DNA of 64,000 nt from Candidatus Thorarchaeota archaeon (GTDB lineage: Archaea; Asgardarchaeota; Thorarchaeia; Thorarchaeales; Thorarchaeaceae). The translations under genes were made by a program, and so were the position numbers. The DNA lies in assembly GCA_963726195.1 (NCBI GenBank), contig CAVSBO010000003.1:256001-320000 (forward strand), in the 5' to 3' direction. Under the pieces are notes generated by a model. The model was not told the DNA's origin. It saw nothing but the letters and a program-made list of their open reading frames with translations, and made no database searches. Within the stretch, counting starts at the first letter, position 1. Each line of letters begins with the position of its first letter. Below, piece after piece: positions 48,536-59,264 of the stretch.

Positions 48536-50272
48536 ATGGACGAGAAGCTGCTCAAGCTTAGACACTCGTTGTCTCACGTGATGGCAGAAGTAGTGCTCAA
48601 GAAGTTTCCAGATGCTCTGCTGGGAATAGGACCGGCTATAGAGGAGGGATTCTATTACGACTTCCTCTTGTCCCGAACGCTGACTCCTGAAGACCTTGAC
48701 GAAATAGAACAGGAAATGAGAAGAATCGTCAAGGGCAACTTCAAGTTCGTTAGAAAGGAATTGTCACGAGCTGAGGCAAAGAAGGCCTTCAAGAACCAGA
48801 GGTTCAAGCTCGAACTGATCAACGAACTACCCGAAGGAGAGACCATCTCCACGTACACGAGTGATACGTTTACGGACCTCTGCAAGGGGCCTCATGTTGA
48901 AAGTACGAAGGACATACCAGCCAATGCCTTCAAGCTTCTTGAGACATCAGGAGCCTACTGGCGGGGTGATGAGAAGAATCCTCAGATGCAGAGGATTTAC
49001 GGAACCGCTTTCTCCACGAAGACCGAGCTTGATGAGTACCTCAAGAGATTGGTAGAAATCAAGGAGAGGGACCACCGCAAGCTAGGGAAGGACCTTGAGC
49101 TATTCCATTTGTCAGACGACGTCGGGTCAGGCTTGGTGCTCTGGCTGCCGAAAGGCGCTGCTGTCAGAGCTGCCCTTGAAGAATACTGGAGGTCTGCTCA
49201 CTTCAAGGCGGGCTACCAAATTGTCTACTCACCCCACATAGCCAAGCTCGACTTGTGGAAGACGAGCCATCACTGGGAGTTCTACAGAGAAAACATGTAT
49301 TCCCCAATGACGATTGAGGAACAGGAGTATGAACTCAAACCGATGAACTGCCCATTTCACATAATGATGTACAAGATGCGCAAGAGAAGCTATCGCGAGC
49401 TCCCATTGAGATGGGCCGAACTCGGAACCGTCTACCGATATGAACGGTCAGGCGTGCTTCATGGTCTGATGAGAGTTAGAGGGTTCACACAGGACGATGC
49501 GCATATATTCGTGGCGCCCGAACAGCTCGACCAAGAACTTGTGAACATCTTGAATCTGAACCTACAGATCCTGAGAACCTGCGGTTTCTCGGAATACGAC
49601 ATCTATCTGAGCACAATGCCCGAACACCACGTTGGTTCAGATGAGAATTGGAAGAGAGCAACTGATGCACTCGGGAATGTCCTTGAGAAGTTGAAGCTCT
49701 CCTACAAGATCGACCCAGGTGAGGGCGTTTTCTACGGTCCAAAGATTGACATCAAAATAAAGGATACGCTCGGCAGGTCATGGCAATGCACGACCATCCA
49801 GGTCGACTTCAATCTTCCAGAGGCTTTCCAAGTGACTTACATCGGAGAAGATGGGCAGGAACACCAGCCAATCATGCTGCACAGGGCCCTCATGGGATCA
49901 TTAGAACGGTTCTTCGGTGTACTAATCGAGCACTACAAAGGCGCATTTCCGGTCTGGATGGCCCCTGTCCAAGCAAGGCTCATTCCTGTCACGGACAAGC
50001 AGCTCGAATACTGTCGCAAGGTCGTAGCTGAGTTGAGGGACATGGGAATACGCGCCGAGCTAGACGATGCACCTGAGCGAATGCAAAAGAAGATACTGAC
50101 TGCTCAGCAGGAGAAGGTTCCATACCAGCTTGTCGTGGGAGAGAGAGAGGCGGGACAAGAACAGGTGGCAGTGAGACTAAGAACAAATGAGGACTTGGGA
50201 CCAATGCCACTCGCCGATTTCAAGCAAATGATAAGGCGGATCGTCGACCAGCGTTCGGCTTTGCTTAAGTAG
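48536..50272 (+). CDS. thrS: Threonyl-tRNA synthetase, bacterial-type, without TGS domain
   Basis: RHSLSH, GFYYDF, DLCKGPH, RDHRKLG, KPMNCP, YRYERSG, GLMRVRGFTQDD, FYGPKID, HRA..GS.ERF. Confidence 0.97.
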   Translation: MDEKLLKLRHSLSHVMAEVVLKKFPDALLGIGPAIEEGFYYDFLLSRTLTPEDLDEIEQEMRRIVKGNFKFVRKELSRAEAKKAFKNQRFKLELINELPEGETISTYTSDTFTDLCKGPHVESTKDIPANAFKLLETSGAYWRGDEKNPQMQRIYGTAFSTKTELDEYLKRLVEIKERDHRKLGKDLELFHLSDDVGSGLVLWLPKGAAVRAALEEYWRSAHFKAGYQIVYSPHIAKLDLWKTSHHWEFYRENMYSPMTIEEQEYELKPMNCPFHIMMYKMRKRSYRELPLRWAELGTVYRYERSGVLHGLMRVRGFTQDDAHIFVAPEQLDQELVNILNLNLQILRTCGFSEYDIYLSTMPEHHVGSDENWKRATDALGNVLEKLKLSYKIDPGEGVFYGPKIDIKIKDTLGRSWQCTTIQVDFNLPEAFQVTYIGEDGQEHQPIMLHRALMGSLERFFGVLIEHYKGAFPVWMAPVQARLIPVTDKQLEYCRKVVAELRDMGIRAELDDAPERMQKKILTAQQEKVPYQLVVGEREAGQEQVAVRLRTNEDLGPMPLADFKQMIRRIVDQRSALLK

Positions 50273-50427
50273 ACTCGATTCTGATGGGTCGCAAAGAGGT
50301 TTTTGTTGCCCTCTGTGGCTTGATGAGTTGGAACTACTTATATAGATGTACAGCTATCCGGGTTGAGCACACCGCAATTGCTTTGCGATTGCGCTGGTAA
50401 GCTTGGTTAGTAATGGAGGATTCATAA

Positions 50428-52068
50428 GTGCAAAGAAACCAAATGATAGCGCTTGTGGTCATTGTCGTCATCGTTGCTGGAGCGGTGGGCGCATACTACG
50501 TGTTTACGCCACCAGTTAGAGGTCAAACCATTATCATTGGTACGACTGACTCCGTCGAAGCATCGCTCGACAATGCCCTTGCGTATGACTACTTTGGCTG
50601 GGAGATCATAACATCGGTCTCCTCCGGCCTTGTTGACATAGCGCCGGGATCACAGGCTGGAGCTTCTGACATAGTTCCCGCCTTGGCAACCTCATGGATC
50701 ATGAGCGGAGCCGGCTTGATTTGGGACTTCCAGCTAAGAACTGGGGTAACGTTTGATGGCGTCAGGCCATTCAACGCAGCAGTGGTCAAGTACACCTTCG
50801 ACAGGAACTGCAACTTGACTGGTTTGGGTCTGGCAGAGCCAGACGGCCCTCAGGTCAACATAGGTTACTCAGACATCATAAAGAACGTCACAGTAATGGG
50901 AGATTACTCAGTCAGGTTCAACCTCAAGATCCCATTTGCTCCGTTCCTGCAGCTCATGGCCTGTGCTGCATCGTACATAGTCGACCCGACAATTGCCCCA
51001 ATGCACACCCTTGTACCATACACGGCGGGCAACGCCACTGCAAGCAATCCGTGCGCACTGGGACCCTACCTGCTTCAGAAGTGGGATCGTACAGGTACCA
51101 GCGACGTGCAGATATGGCTGATCAAGAACCCCAACTACTGGAACATTTCCGCTGGCTTCCCGAAGACGAACCAAATCAAGATAATAATGTACTCGGATGC
51201 TACTGCATTGGCAACGGCCATGTCTGCCGGTGAGATTGACATCGCCTACAGACAGCTGCTGCCTACAGCAATCGGAGCATTCAAGACCAACACCAATGTC
51301 AAGGTCTGGGAAGGTGTCGGAGCACAAATCCAGTATCTCTGCTTCCAGCAGAGAATCTTCCCGTTCAACAACACTAATGTAAGAAAGGCCATCGCTGCAT
51401 GTCTCGACAGAACCAACGTCTGTAACACCGTGTTCTTGGGTACTGCCTCTCCACTGTATAGCATAATCCCCAATGGGATGGCATACCACAAGGACTCCTT
51501 CCTTCCGTACGGTTCAGCCAACTACAGCTATGCACAGAGTCTGCTGGCACCACTCGGGTATAATGCGACCCACCCACTCTCATTCAACTTCTGGTACGAG
51601 AGTTCGGGACACTATCCGTCAAGCCCTCAACAGGCACTTGTCTATCAGTCCGACCTCGAGGCTAGTGGCGTCATATCAGTGACCCTCAAGACTGCAACTT
51701 GGGCTGATTACAAGAAGTGCAGAGACAACGCAACAATGCCAGTGTACGTCTATGGTTGGTACCCGGACTACGTGGACCCCGATGACTATGCATTCCTGCC
51801 ATTTGCTGCTTGGCTCAACATGGGATACAACAACACGTACCCAGCTGGCGGCGTAGCCCAGTACAACTACTGGGTTGGTGGTCGAAGTGCCACAACCGGA
51901 GCTGGTCGCCTCGGCAACTACACAGCTCTGCAGAACCTGCAGGCATCTGAGTGCTCAATGGTTCCACTTTGGCAGAAGAGCACAGAGGCCGTGACCAAGC
52001 TCGACATAAAGGGCATAGTCTTTGACATTACCGTAAACTGGCGCAACTGGCTGTTGTACATAGGGTAA
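50428..52068 (+). CDS. dppA: Peptide/nickel ABC transporter substrate-binding protein (family 5)
   Basis: N-terminal TM anchor, PALATSW, F.LR.GV.F, VRKAIA..LDR, GWYPDY.DPD. Confidence 0.9.
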   Translation: MQRNQMIALVVIVVIVAGAVGAYYVFTPPVRGQTIIIGTTDSVEASLDNALAYDYFGWEIITSVSSGLVDIAPGSQAGASDIVPALATSWIMSGAGLIWDFQLRTGVTFDGVRPFNAAVVKYTFDRNCNLTGLGLAEPDGPQVNIGYSDIIKNVTVMGDYSVRFNLKIPFAPFLQLMACAASYIVDPTIAPMHTLVPYTAGNATASNPCALGPYLLQKWDRTGTSDVQIWLIKNPNYWNISAGFPKTNQIKIIMYSDATALATAMSAGEIDIAYRQLLPTAIGAFKTNTNVKVWEGVGAQIQYLCFQQRIFPFNNTNVRKAIAACLDRTNVCNTVFLGTASPLYSIIPNGMAYHKDSFLPYGSANYSYAQSLLAPLGYNATHPLSFNFWYESSGHYPSSPQQALVYQSDLEASGVISVTLKTATWADYKKCRDNATMPVYVYGWYPDYVDPDDYAFLPFAAWLNMGYNNTYPAGGVAQYNYWVGGRSATTGAGRLGNYTALQNLQASECSMVPLWQKSTEAVTKLDIKGIVFDITVNWRNWLLYIG

Positions 52069-52212
52069 AAGTCGCAATCTAGATTGTAGACAAAAGTGTG
52101 CTACTAAGCTGAGTGGTCTGTTCTCGGTCTCTATCCGCAGGCCTTAAGAACAGCTACGATTCTGGGAACAGCTTGGTAGCACATCGATTTCTTTCCCAGA
52201 AAGGTGAACTTG

Positions 52213-53229
52213 ATGTCTCTCAGGTCCTACATTGTAAGCCGTGTTCTAATGACCATACCAATGGTGATGCTGCTCCTCACCTTGGTCTTCATAGTCCTTA
52301 GATGGGTACCCGGTGACCCGGCTTCACTCCATTTCGAAAAGAACGTCAACCCTCAGGTGCTGCAGGCGTTTCGACACGAGTTTGGGCTTGACGTGCCGCT
52401 ATGGCAGCAATACTTCAACTACCTTGCTGCGCTATTTCATGGTGATCTGGGCATATCGATGTCTGACCGTACGCCCGTAATTCAAGGCATAGCCTCTGCT
52501 TTTCCTGCCACCCTCGAGTTGGCAATCTACTCCATGACATTCGCTGTTTTGCTCGGCATCGCGCTGGGCATTAAGTCGTCGAAGAAATACGAATCTCTTA
52601 CTGACGTATCCGTGAGACTCTTCGGTATCGTCACCTATGCGATTCCTGTCTTCTTTCTAGGTTTGGTGCTTCAGATAGTCTTTGCCGTCTGGCTTCATTG
52701 GCTCCCGACTTCCGGACGCTTCGAGAATCAATTCCTTGAGTACCAACCTGCGCACATCACAGGCCTTTACACAATCGATAGTATTCTAACAGGTAACTGG
52801 TTCGCTTTTGCAGTATCACTCAGATGTCTGATTCTGCCTTCCATTACACTTGGTACTGTCTTATGTGGTGTTTTCATCCGTCTAACTCGTACAAACATGC
52901 TTGAGACTTTAAGACAGGACTTCGTCGTCGCTGCCGAGGCCAGAGGTCTTCCCGAGAGTGTAGTCACAATGGGTTATGCTTTCAAGAATGCATTCTTACC
53001 AATTCTTACGATGATAGGTCTGCAATTCGCGGCTCTTCTCGCAGGGGCAGTGCTTACCGAGACTACGTTCAACTGGCCGGGCATAGGAAGGTTTCTTATT
53101 CAAAGCATAAACAACCGAGACTACACCTCAGTTCAAGGTGTTGTTGTAGTCTTCGGACTCTTGGTTACGGTAGTCAGCCTGTGTGTGGATATACTCTACG
53201 CCTACCTTGATCCTCGGATTAGGCTTTAG
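52213..53229 (+). CDS. dppB: Peptide ABC transporter permease
   Basis: PGDP, GLD.PL..QY, PATLEL, EAA loop (A.ARG), ETTFNWPGIG, LDPRI. Confidence 0.92.
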   Translation: MSLRSYIVSRVLMTIPMVMLLLTLVFIVLRWVPGDPASLHFEKNVNPQVLQAFRHEFGLDVPLWQQYFNYLAALFHGDLGISMSDRTPVIQGIASAFPATLELAIYSMTFAVLLGIALGIKSSKKYESLTDVSVRLFGIVTYAIPVFFLGLVLQIVFAVWLHWLPTSGRFENQFLEYQPAHITGLYTIDSILTGNWFAFAVSLRCLILPSITLGTVLCGVFIRLTRTNMLETLRQDFVVAAEARGLPESVVTMGYAFKNAFLPILTMIGLQFAALLAGAVLTETTFNWPGIGRFLIQSINNRDYTSVQGVVVVFGLLVTVVSLCVDILYAYLDPRIRL

Positions 53230-53289
53230 GAGGCGCAGGGAACGACCAGTAACACATCTGTTCGAGGAGTCTTCCTTAGGCTGAAGTCT

Positions 53290-54507
53290 GTGAAGGGCGA
53301 TCTTAAGAATCGTTCACCCCGTTGGTGGGTGGCCTTCATCATTGTCGTAGGTCTCTCGCTTTCTTTCTTAGGTGCTCTCTTCGTTCTTGCACTGCACTCC
53401 AACAGTAACTACGGACTGCCCGTAGTGGGCGGGACGTTCGTTATTGCCTGTGTTGTACTGGTTGCATACAAGTTTCAGAAGCAGAGTGTTGCCATCGGTC
53501 GCCTGAAGCGCACGCAAGGTCGCATGCTCTTTGTAGGTGCCTGCCTAGCAAGTAGCGTTGCTGTCTTCCCGGGAGCGTGGGTCCTAGTTCCTGCTCTAGT
53601 CGGCAGCTTTTCGTTTTCAGTGATTCTCGGGGGTCTATTGCTCGGAGTCATCATGCTTTTGATTTTTGAGATTCGCCCGCTTCTGACTATCCGTGGATCA
53701 CCAGGCTATATCGCAGAAGCGGGGCTACTCATGGTCTTCACCATGACTTACATGACCGTGGTTTCTTACTGGATAACTCCTTACCCAGCCACCAAGATCA
53801 ATGTAGGTCCAATACTCGTGCCACCAAGTGCTGCTTTTCCGCTTGGAACAACATCCTTGGGTCAGGACCTTCTTAGCAGAGTTCTCACTGGTGGAGCAAT
53901 CATGCTTCAGGTCGCCATCATCTCTGTTACTATATGTTTCTCGATTGGCGTGCCTGTGGCCCTCGCAGCCTCGTACAGGGGCGGAATTGTAGACCGTGTT
54001 ACAGCTCTAGTAATGGATAGCATATACGCGTTCCCGGGGTTGGTGCTAGCAATTGCCATTGCTGCCATGCTTGGTCCGGGAGCTGTAAACATGGCACTTT
54101 CTATCGCAGTGGTTTACATACCATCATACTTCAGAGTTATACGGAGCCAAGCGCTGACAATCAAGGAGCTGCCTTACGTAGAAGCGGCAGTGGCAATGGG
54201 TGCACGTAGCCGCGACATACTGTTCAGGTACATCCTGCCCAATGTCTTGCCCTCAGTCATGGTAGTCATGACTATCAATTTTGCAGATGCCATACTGACT
54301 GCAGCTGGACTGACGTTTGTGGGGCTTGGCCTTCCAGTTAGCGTACCCGATTGGGGTTGGGACCTTACCTTCGGACGCCAACTGGCCATAAGCGGTTATT
54401 GGTGGGTGATAGCGTTCCCCGGTCTCATGATAGTACTGCTGGCTCTTGGATTCACCCTTGCAGGGGAAGGTCTGAATGAGATAGTAACACCGAAGCTCAA
54501 GGAGTGA
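53290..54507 (+). CDS. dppC: Peptide ABC transporter permease with extra N-terminal TM block
   Basis: PLGTT.LGQD, YVEAA.AMGA, ILPN, GL.F.GLG, W....PG. Confidence 0.9.
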   Translation: MKGDLKNRSPRWWVAFIIVVGLSLSFLGALFVLALHSNSNYGLPVVGGTFVIACVVLVAYKFQKQSVAIGRLKRTQGRMLFVGACLASSVAVFPGAWVLVPALVGSFSFSVILGGLLLGVIMLLIFEIRPLLTIRGSPGYIAEAGLLMVFTMTYMTVVSYWITPYPATKINVGPILVPPSAAFPLGTTSLGQDLLSRVLTGGAIMLQVAIISVTICFSIGVPVALAASYRGGIVDRVTALVMDSIYAFPGLVLAIAIAAMLGPGAVNMALSIAVVYIPSYFRVIRSQALTIKELPYVEAAVAMGARSRDILFRYILPNVLPSVMVVMTINFADAILTAAGLTFVGLGLPVSVPDWGWDLTFGRQLAISGYWWVIAFPGLMIVLLALGFTLAGEGLNEIVTPKLKE

Positions 54508-54514
54508 ATATCGT

Positions 54515-55525
54515 TTGGGGACAGTTCTGAGTATCCAAAACCTGACAGTGGCCTACAAGACCCGAAGAGGAACTGCCTGCGGCGTTAACAATGTGTCACT
54601 CGACCTAGAAGAGAACAAGACGCTTGGACTGGCCGGCGAATCTGGCTGTGGGAAGTCCACTCTTGGCAGGGCAATAATGCGGCTTGTTCCATACCCAGGA
54701 CGGATAACCAGCGGGGACATAATCCTGGACATCGATAGAGAAATCACTTACCCGTCGGGTACAATCAGCAAGGGCTCAACAAACCTCATGGATCTTACGG
54801 AGGACGAAATGAGAGCCCTTCGCGGCGAGGAAATCGCCTACATATTCCAAGACCCAATGACCTCACTCAACCCTATGAAGACTATCGCCAGTCACTTCTT
54901 AGAACTGATGAAGGCTCATTACCCGACCATGGACAAGGAGACGGCGATTTCACGTGCCGAGGAGATCCTTGAGAGTCTTGGCATTCTGTCCACACGTGTG
55001 AATGACTATCCTCACCAGTTCAGCGGAGGAATGCGTCAGAGAGTCATGATAGGGTTGGGTTTGGCTCTTCGGCCGCGATTGTTGATTGCTGATGAGCCCA
55101 CGACTTCTCTCGACGTGATTGTGGAGGCACAAATCCTTCAGCAAGTAGCTCAACTCAAGGAAAAGTTCAACCTCACAATGATGCTTATCACACACAATCT
55201 GGGTGTACTTGCTCAGACTGCCGACAGCATAGCTATTATGTATGCAGGAAGAATCGTTGAAGTGGCCGACACCCTTTCATTGTTTGAACACCCGCGGCAC
55301 CCATACACTAAGGCTCTCCTCGAGTCTGTGCCTGATGTCACTAAACCCGAGAAGCGTCTCTGCTGCATTCCAGGAGTGCCACCCGACCTCGTACAGCCCA
55401 TTTCTGGTTGTCCGTACGGTCTTAGATGCACACAGGCGATGGAGATATGCTCAAGGGTGGAGCCCTTGCTCGTTCGAACCGACGCCGGGGGACTCGTGGC
55501 CTGCCATGCGTACCAAGGGGATTGA
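54515..55525 (+). CDS. dppD: Peptide ABC transporter ATP-binding protein
   Basis: GESGCGKS, FQDPMTSLNP, YPHQFSGGMRQR, DEPTT, C-terminal Cys cluster. Confidence 0.93.
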   Translation: MGTVLSIQNLTVAYKTRRGTACGVNNVSLDLEENKTLGLAGESGCGKSTLGRAIMRLVPYPGRITSGDIILDIDREITYPSGTISKGSTNLMDLTEDEMRALRGEEIAYIFQDPMTSLNPMKTIASHFLELMKAHYPTMDKETAISRAEEILESLGILSTRVNDYPHQFSGGMRQRVMIGLGLALRPRLLIADEPTTSLDVIVEAQILQQVAQLKEKFNLTMMLITHNLGVLAQTADSIAIMYAGRIVEVADTLSLFEHPRHPYTKALLESVPDVTKPEKRLCCIPGVPPDLVQPISGCPYGLRCTQAMEICSRVEPLLVRTDAGGLVACHAYQGD

Positions 55526-55528
55526 TAG

Positions 55529-56506
55529 ATGAAGCTCGTCCAAGTTGATCATGTCAAGAAGTACTTCCCGGTTCAGAAGGGATTCTCTGCCTCTCTCTTT
55601 TCGAAGCAGAAGGAGTACGTAAGAGCAGTGGATGATGTATCGTTCGAAATAGAAAGGGGTGATGTCCTTGGACTTGTCGGCGAGAGCGGATCTGGCAAGA
55701 CAACGATAGGTCGGCTGTGTGTGAGACTGCTGATCCCAACAGAAGGTAAGATCCTGTTTGATGGAAATGATATCTCCACACTGAAAGGTCATGCCATGAG
55801 ACTCATGCGCCGTCGGTTTCAACTCACGTTTCAAGACCCCAGTTCTTCACTAAACCCTCGAATGTCGATTGGCAATGCCATTGCAGACGCTATGAGACTA
55901 CAGGGTCTCAACACGCCAAAAGAAAGAAGAGAGAAAGCGGAGGAGGTACTTGAGAGAGTTGGGCTGTCCCCAGCCCAAACCTTCTATGACAGGCTGCCTC
56001 ACCAGCTAAGCGGTGGACAGAGGCAGAGGGTTGTCTTCGGAAGAGCGATAATCCTGAAGCCCGAGTTTGTTGTGACTGACGAGCCAGTGGCAATGGTTGA
56101 TGTGTCAATTAAAGCCCAGATACTGGACCTTATGATGGACCTGAAGAGAGAGTTCAACCTGACCTACTTGTTCATCTCACATGATCTCGCCACAGCCCGC
56201 CACGTGTGTGACCGTATCGCGGTAATGTACCTTGGTAGGATTGTGGAAATAGCTGATAAGGACCGAATCTACGAAGATCCTCTACACCCATACTCAAAGG
56301 GTCTGATGTCTGCAATACCTGTGCCAGATCCAAGAATCAAGAAACCCGCAGCAATCCCGCAGGGTGAGATTCCCAGTCCAATCAATCCTCCATCAGGATG
56401 TCGTTTCCATCCTAGGTGCCCACAAGCATTCGACAGGTGTCCACTGGAAGAACCTGAACTGCGGGACATCGGAGACGACCGTCAGGTGGCTTGTCACCTT
56501 TACTGA
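55529..56506 (+). CDS. dppF: Peptide ABC transporter ATP-binding protein
   Basis: GESGSGKT, PHQLSGGQRQR, HPYS..L, PSGCRFHPRC...VACH. Confidence 0.93.
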   Translation: MKLVQVDHVKKYFPVQKGFSASLFSKQKEYVRAVDDVSFEIERGDVLGLVGESGSGKTTIGRLCVRLLIPTEGKILFDGNDISTLKGHAMRLMRRRFQLTFQDPSSSLNPRMSIGNAIADAMRLQGLNTPKERREKAEEVLERVGLSPAQTFYDRLPHQLSGGQRQRVVFGRAIILKPEFVVTDEPVAMVDVSIKAQILDLMMDLKREFNLTYLFISHDLATARHVCDRIAVMYLGRIVEIADKDRIYEDPLHPYSKGLMSAIPVPDPRIKKPAAIPQGEIPSPINPPSGCRFHPRCPQAFDRCPLEEPELRDIGDDRQVACHLY

Positions 56507-56585
56507 ACTCCGTTGGGGTTAAGCTTGGGTTGTCGCAGTCCAGTCTTGACCCTCACTGATGGCGCCAAAATCCATTGGCAATCAG

Positions 56586-57185
56586 CTACTCATTCTCTTT
56601 CTTGCCCTCGTACTTGTGCAGAGGCAAGAAGGCATGTACTCTCTCCTTGTACCTGAGAAATTCCGCTCCGAATGTCGCTGCAAGAATGCGGGTTTCACGC
56701 CTTGCCGTGATAGCAAGTGAGCTCATCACAAAAACGGACACAGCCACGAGAAGGAGAGAGAGGCACCACGCTAGATGAGCAACCATGGTCAGGAGACTGC
56801 CGACCAGGAACAAGGAAGCCCCAGTGTAGAGAGGGTGTCGAATGTACGAGTAGACCCCTTTCACGATGAGCTTCGTTGACTCCAAGTGATACCCAGCTGG
56901 AGTGTGAGCTGCAGAAAGGTCCCATTTTGCTTTCACAAATAGAAACGTGCCAAGCGAAGTAAGAGCGAGAGCAACTAAATCAGGAATTGAAAGCCACTCG
57001 ATATCAATCAAAACATATGCGTAAACTGATATCAAGAAGAGATAGAAGAGTTGGAAGGCGCGAGTCACTTTTCTGTTTATTAGAGGTACTGCCTTCTTCT
57101 TTCCGCCATCGTCTATGATATCCGCTGTGAGATATGTTAGGAGAACGACAAGCTGGAGTACTTGGAAAAGAACGACCCAGTCCAT
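56586..57185 (-). CDS. Isoprenylcysteine carboxyl methyltransferase / PEMT-family membrane methyltransferase
   Basis: LI..GVYSYIRHPLYTG, E...L...FG.EF..Y...V..FLP. Confidence 0.82.
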   Translation of the reverse strand: MDWVVLFQVLQLVVLLTYLTADIIDDGGKKKAVPLINRKVTRAFQLFYLFLISVYAYVLIDIEWLSIPDLVALALTSLGTFLFVKAKWDLSAAHTPAGYHLESTKLIVKGVYSYIRHPLYTGASLFLVGSLLTMVAHLAWCLSLLLVAVSVFVMSSLAITARRETRILAATFGAEFLRYKERVHAFLPLHKYEGKKENE

Positions 57186-57252
57186 GACCCGGTTTGCCTC
57201 CGAAACGTCCGTTGACCAACTCTGGAAGACTCGCTGTTCTTCCTTCCCGACT

Positions 57253-57447
57253 CTAGGGCTTACCTACTGATCCGAAGGCGATACCGATACCAATCGTGAT
57301 TGTGAAGACGCCCACGAACACTATCGACATCATAGACGAGGACACCCAAATGACGGTGGAAAGGATTCCTGCACCTGCAGCGACGAGCAGTGATCCTATC
57401 AAAAGCCGTGCAACCCCTACTGCCATGCGCTCATTATCAGCTGTCAT
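57253..57447 (-). CDS. Small 2-TM membrane protein
   Basis: Two hydrophobic segments; start uncertain. Confidence 0.4.
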   Translation of the reverse strand: MTADNERMAVGVARLLIGSLLVAAGAGILSTVIWVSSSMMSIVFVGVFTITIGIGIAFGSVGKP

Positions 57448-57653
57448 GAAATCATTAGCAGCTGCGTAGGCTAAAAAACCATTGGCCATTTGAAATGGCC
57501 CAAAGCCAAATCGAGATGGTGTTAGTTCCAAAGGTACCAGAGAGGCTGTATGGCATTTGATCGTCCTCGCAGGCGACAGTCGAGAAGGAAGAGAATGCCG
57601 GGAGACACTGAAAGGATATATGTAGGCTCTCAGACGACTCGTAAGGGATTCTC

Positions 57654-59254
57654 TTGACAGAGTTACGCACAGAGATTTCGCGGGTTACCATCTTCAGGGA
57701 CGGTGCCCGCGTCACTCGGACTGGCAAAATGACTTTGGACTCCGGGACTCAGAAGCTGTTTGTAGCAGGCATCACTGAATACGCACAGGAAGATAGCTTC
57801 AGAGTCAAGGGTTCAGGACCGGCCTCGCTATCAGCCATTGATGTCAGAAGGACAGTCTCAACCTACGAACCGAAAAGCGACTTGAAACCATTGCTTGACG
57901 AGCTCAAGAAGCTCATTTCAGAACGTGAAGCCACTGCCGACGAAATCGCGATATACAGCGGTCGGCTGTCATATCTCGAAGCCATGAATGCGGCGTTCGC
58001 TGGCAACTTCGGTCTACTCTTTGCCGCCAGCGAAGCAGAGATCTCTCAACTGACCGAGATGGACGCGGTCTCTGGCCGAAACACAGTTGAGACCAAAGGA
58101 AAGATTCGCGAGCTCGAGAAGAAGCTGAAAGATATTGATGAGAAAATCGATCTAGTCAAGAAGAATCTCGGAAGAATCGAATCGGAGAAGAAGACAGAGG
58201 GGTTCTACGAGGTCGAGATTACAGTAGATGTAACGAAGAGGGCGCAAGTTGAGCTTGAGGTTACATATCAAGTCTCAAACACTGGATGGCGCCCAAGTTA
58301 TGACCTAGACCTTCTTTCGAGTTCAGCGAAACTGAGGAGAGTCAGCTCTTCTCAACAATCAGACACGCGAACCCTGGGAGAAGGTGAGCCTCACAGTTTC
58401 GACTGCAACTGCGCAGCCGGTCGAGGCAGTCGAAGCCAGTCCACTCTACCTTACAGCATATGACCCCGAAGAGGAACGTCGGAGGATGGCGGGTATGAGA
58501 AAGGAAATGGGAGCTGCCAAGGCGGAGACCCCCTCCTCCACCAATGGCAATGCCATCTCCCGCACCTACGACGTCAATGGCACCCCCCGCTCCGAAACCG
58601 ATGATCTCGGAACAACTGGCACAGGTCTCTGAATTGGCATCAGGCATCTCGGTGTACGAGCTGCCCGGCAAGGTCACTGTGCCTTTCGATAATGACGAAC
58701 ATCCGTTTACCCTTCTCGAAGAGGAACTGAAATCAACGACCATCCATTACTGGTATGCCGATGGCATGTCTGAGCCTGTGGCCCAGGACGAAGTCAGAAA
58801 CGGGGACACAGTCGTTTTGCCCGGGAAGGTCAAAGTCTACGCTGAAGGGGACTACATTGGAGAATCGAGCGTTTCGCAGATTTCGCCCCGCGAGAAGTTC
58901 AAGATTGGAACCCGGGTTGCTTATGACGTGAAGGTAAAGAAGAAGCTCACCGCCCGAGAAGTGGAGAAGGCCGGCATTACCCGCGGCAAGCTGAGAAGAG
59001 CCTACTCCTATCGTCTCGAGATCGAGAATTTCGGAAAGCGGCCCATTCAGATTGAGGTATACGACAGAGTGCCGCATAGTCTCAATCCATCAATTGAAGT
59101 CAAGACCAACTGGGATCAGCTTCAGCCGGAGAGCAATGAGCTCGGTGTCACAAAGTGGACTCTGGCAGTTGAGGCCGCTAAGAAAAAGCTAGTTGACTAC
59201 AGCTATGAAGTATTGTGGGAGCGAGGCATTACAATCACCCCGCCATTGCCATGA
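57654..59254 (+). CDS. DUF4140/DUF4139 (MuiA-like) protein, copy 1 (frameshifts at ~58340 and ~58520)
   Basis: VTIFRDGARVTR, DSFRV.G, coiled coil, W.P.YD, LPG...Y..G.YIG, DR.P; collinear with the intact copy 2. Confidence 0.8.
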
Positions 59255-59264
59255 GGTGACAAAA

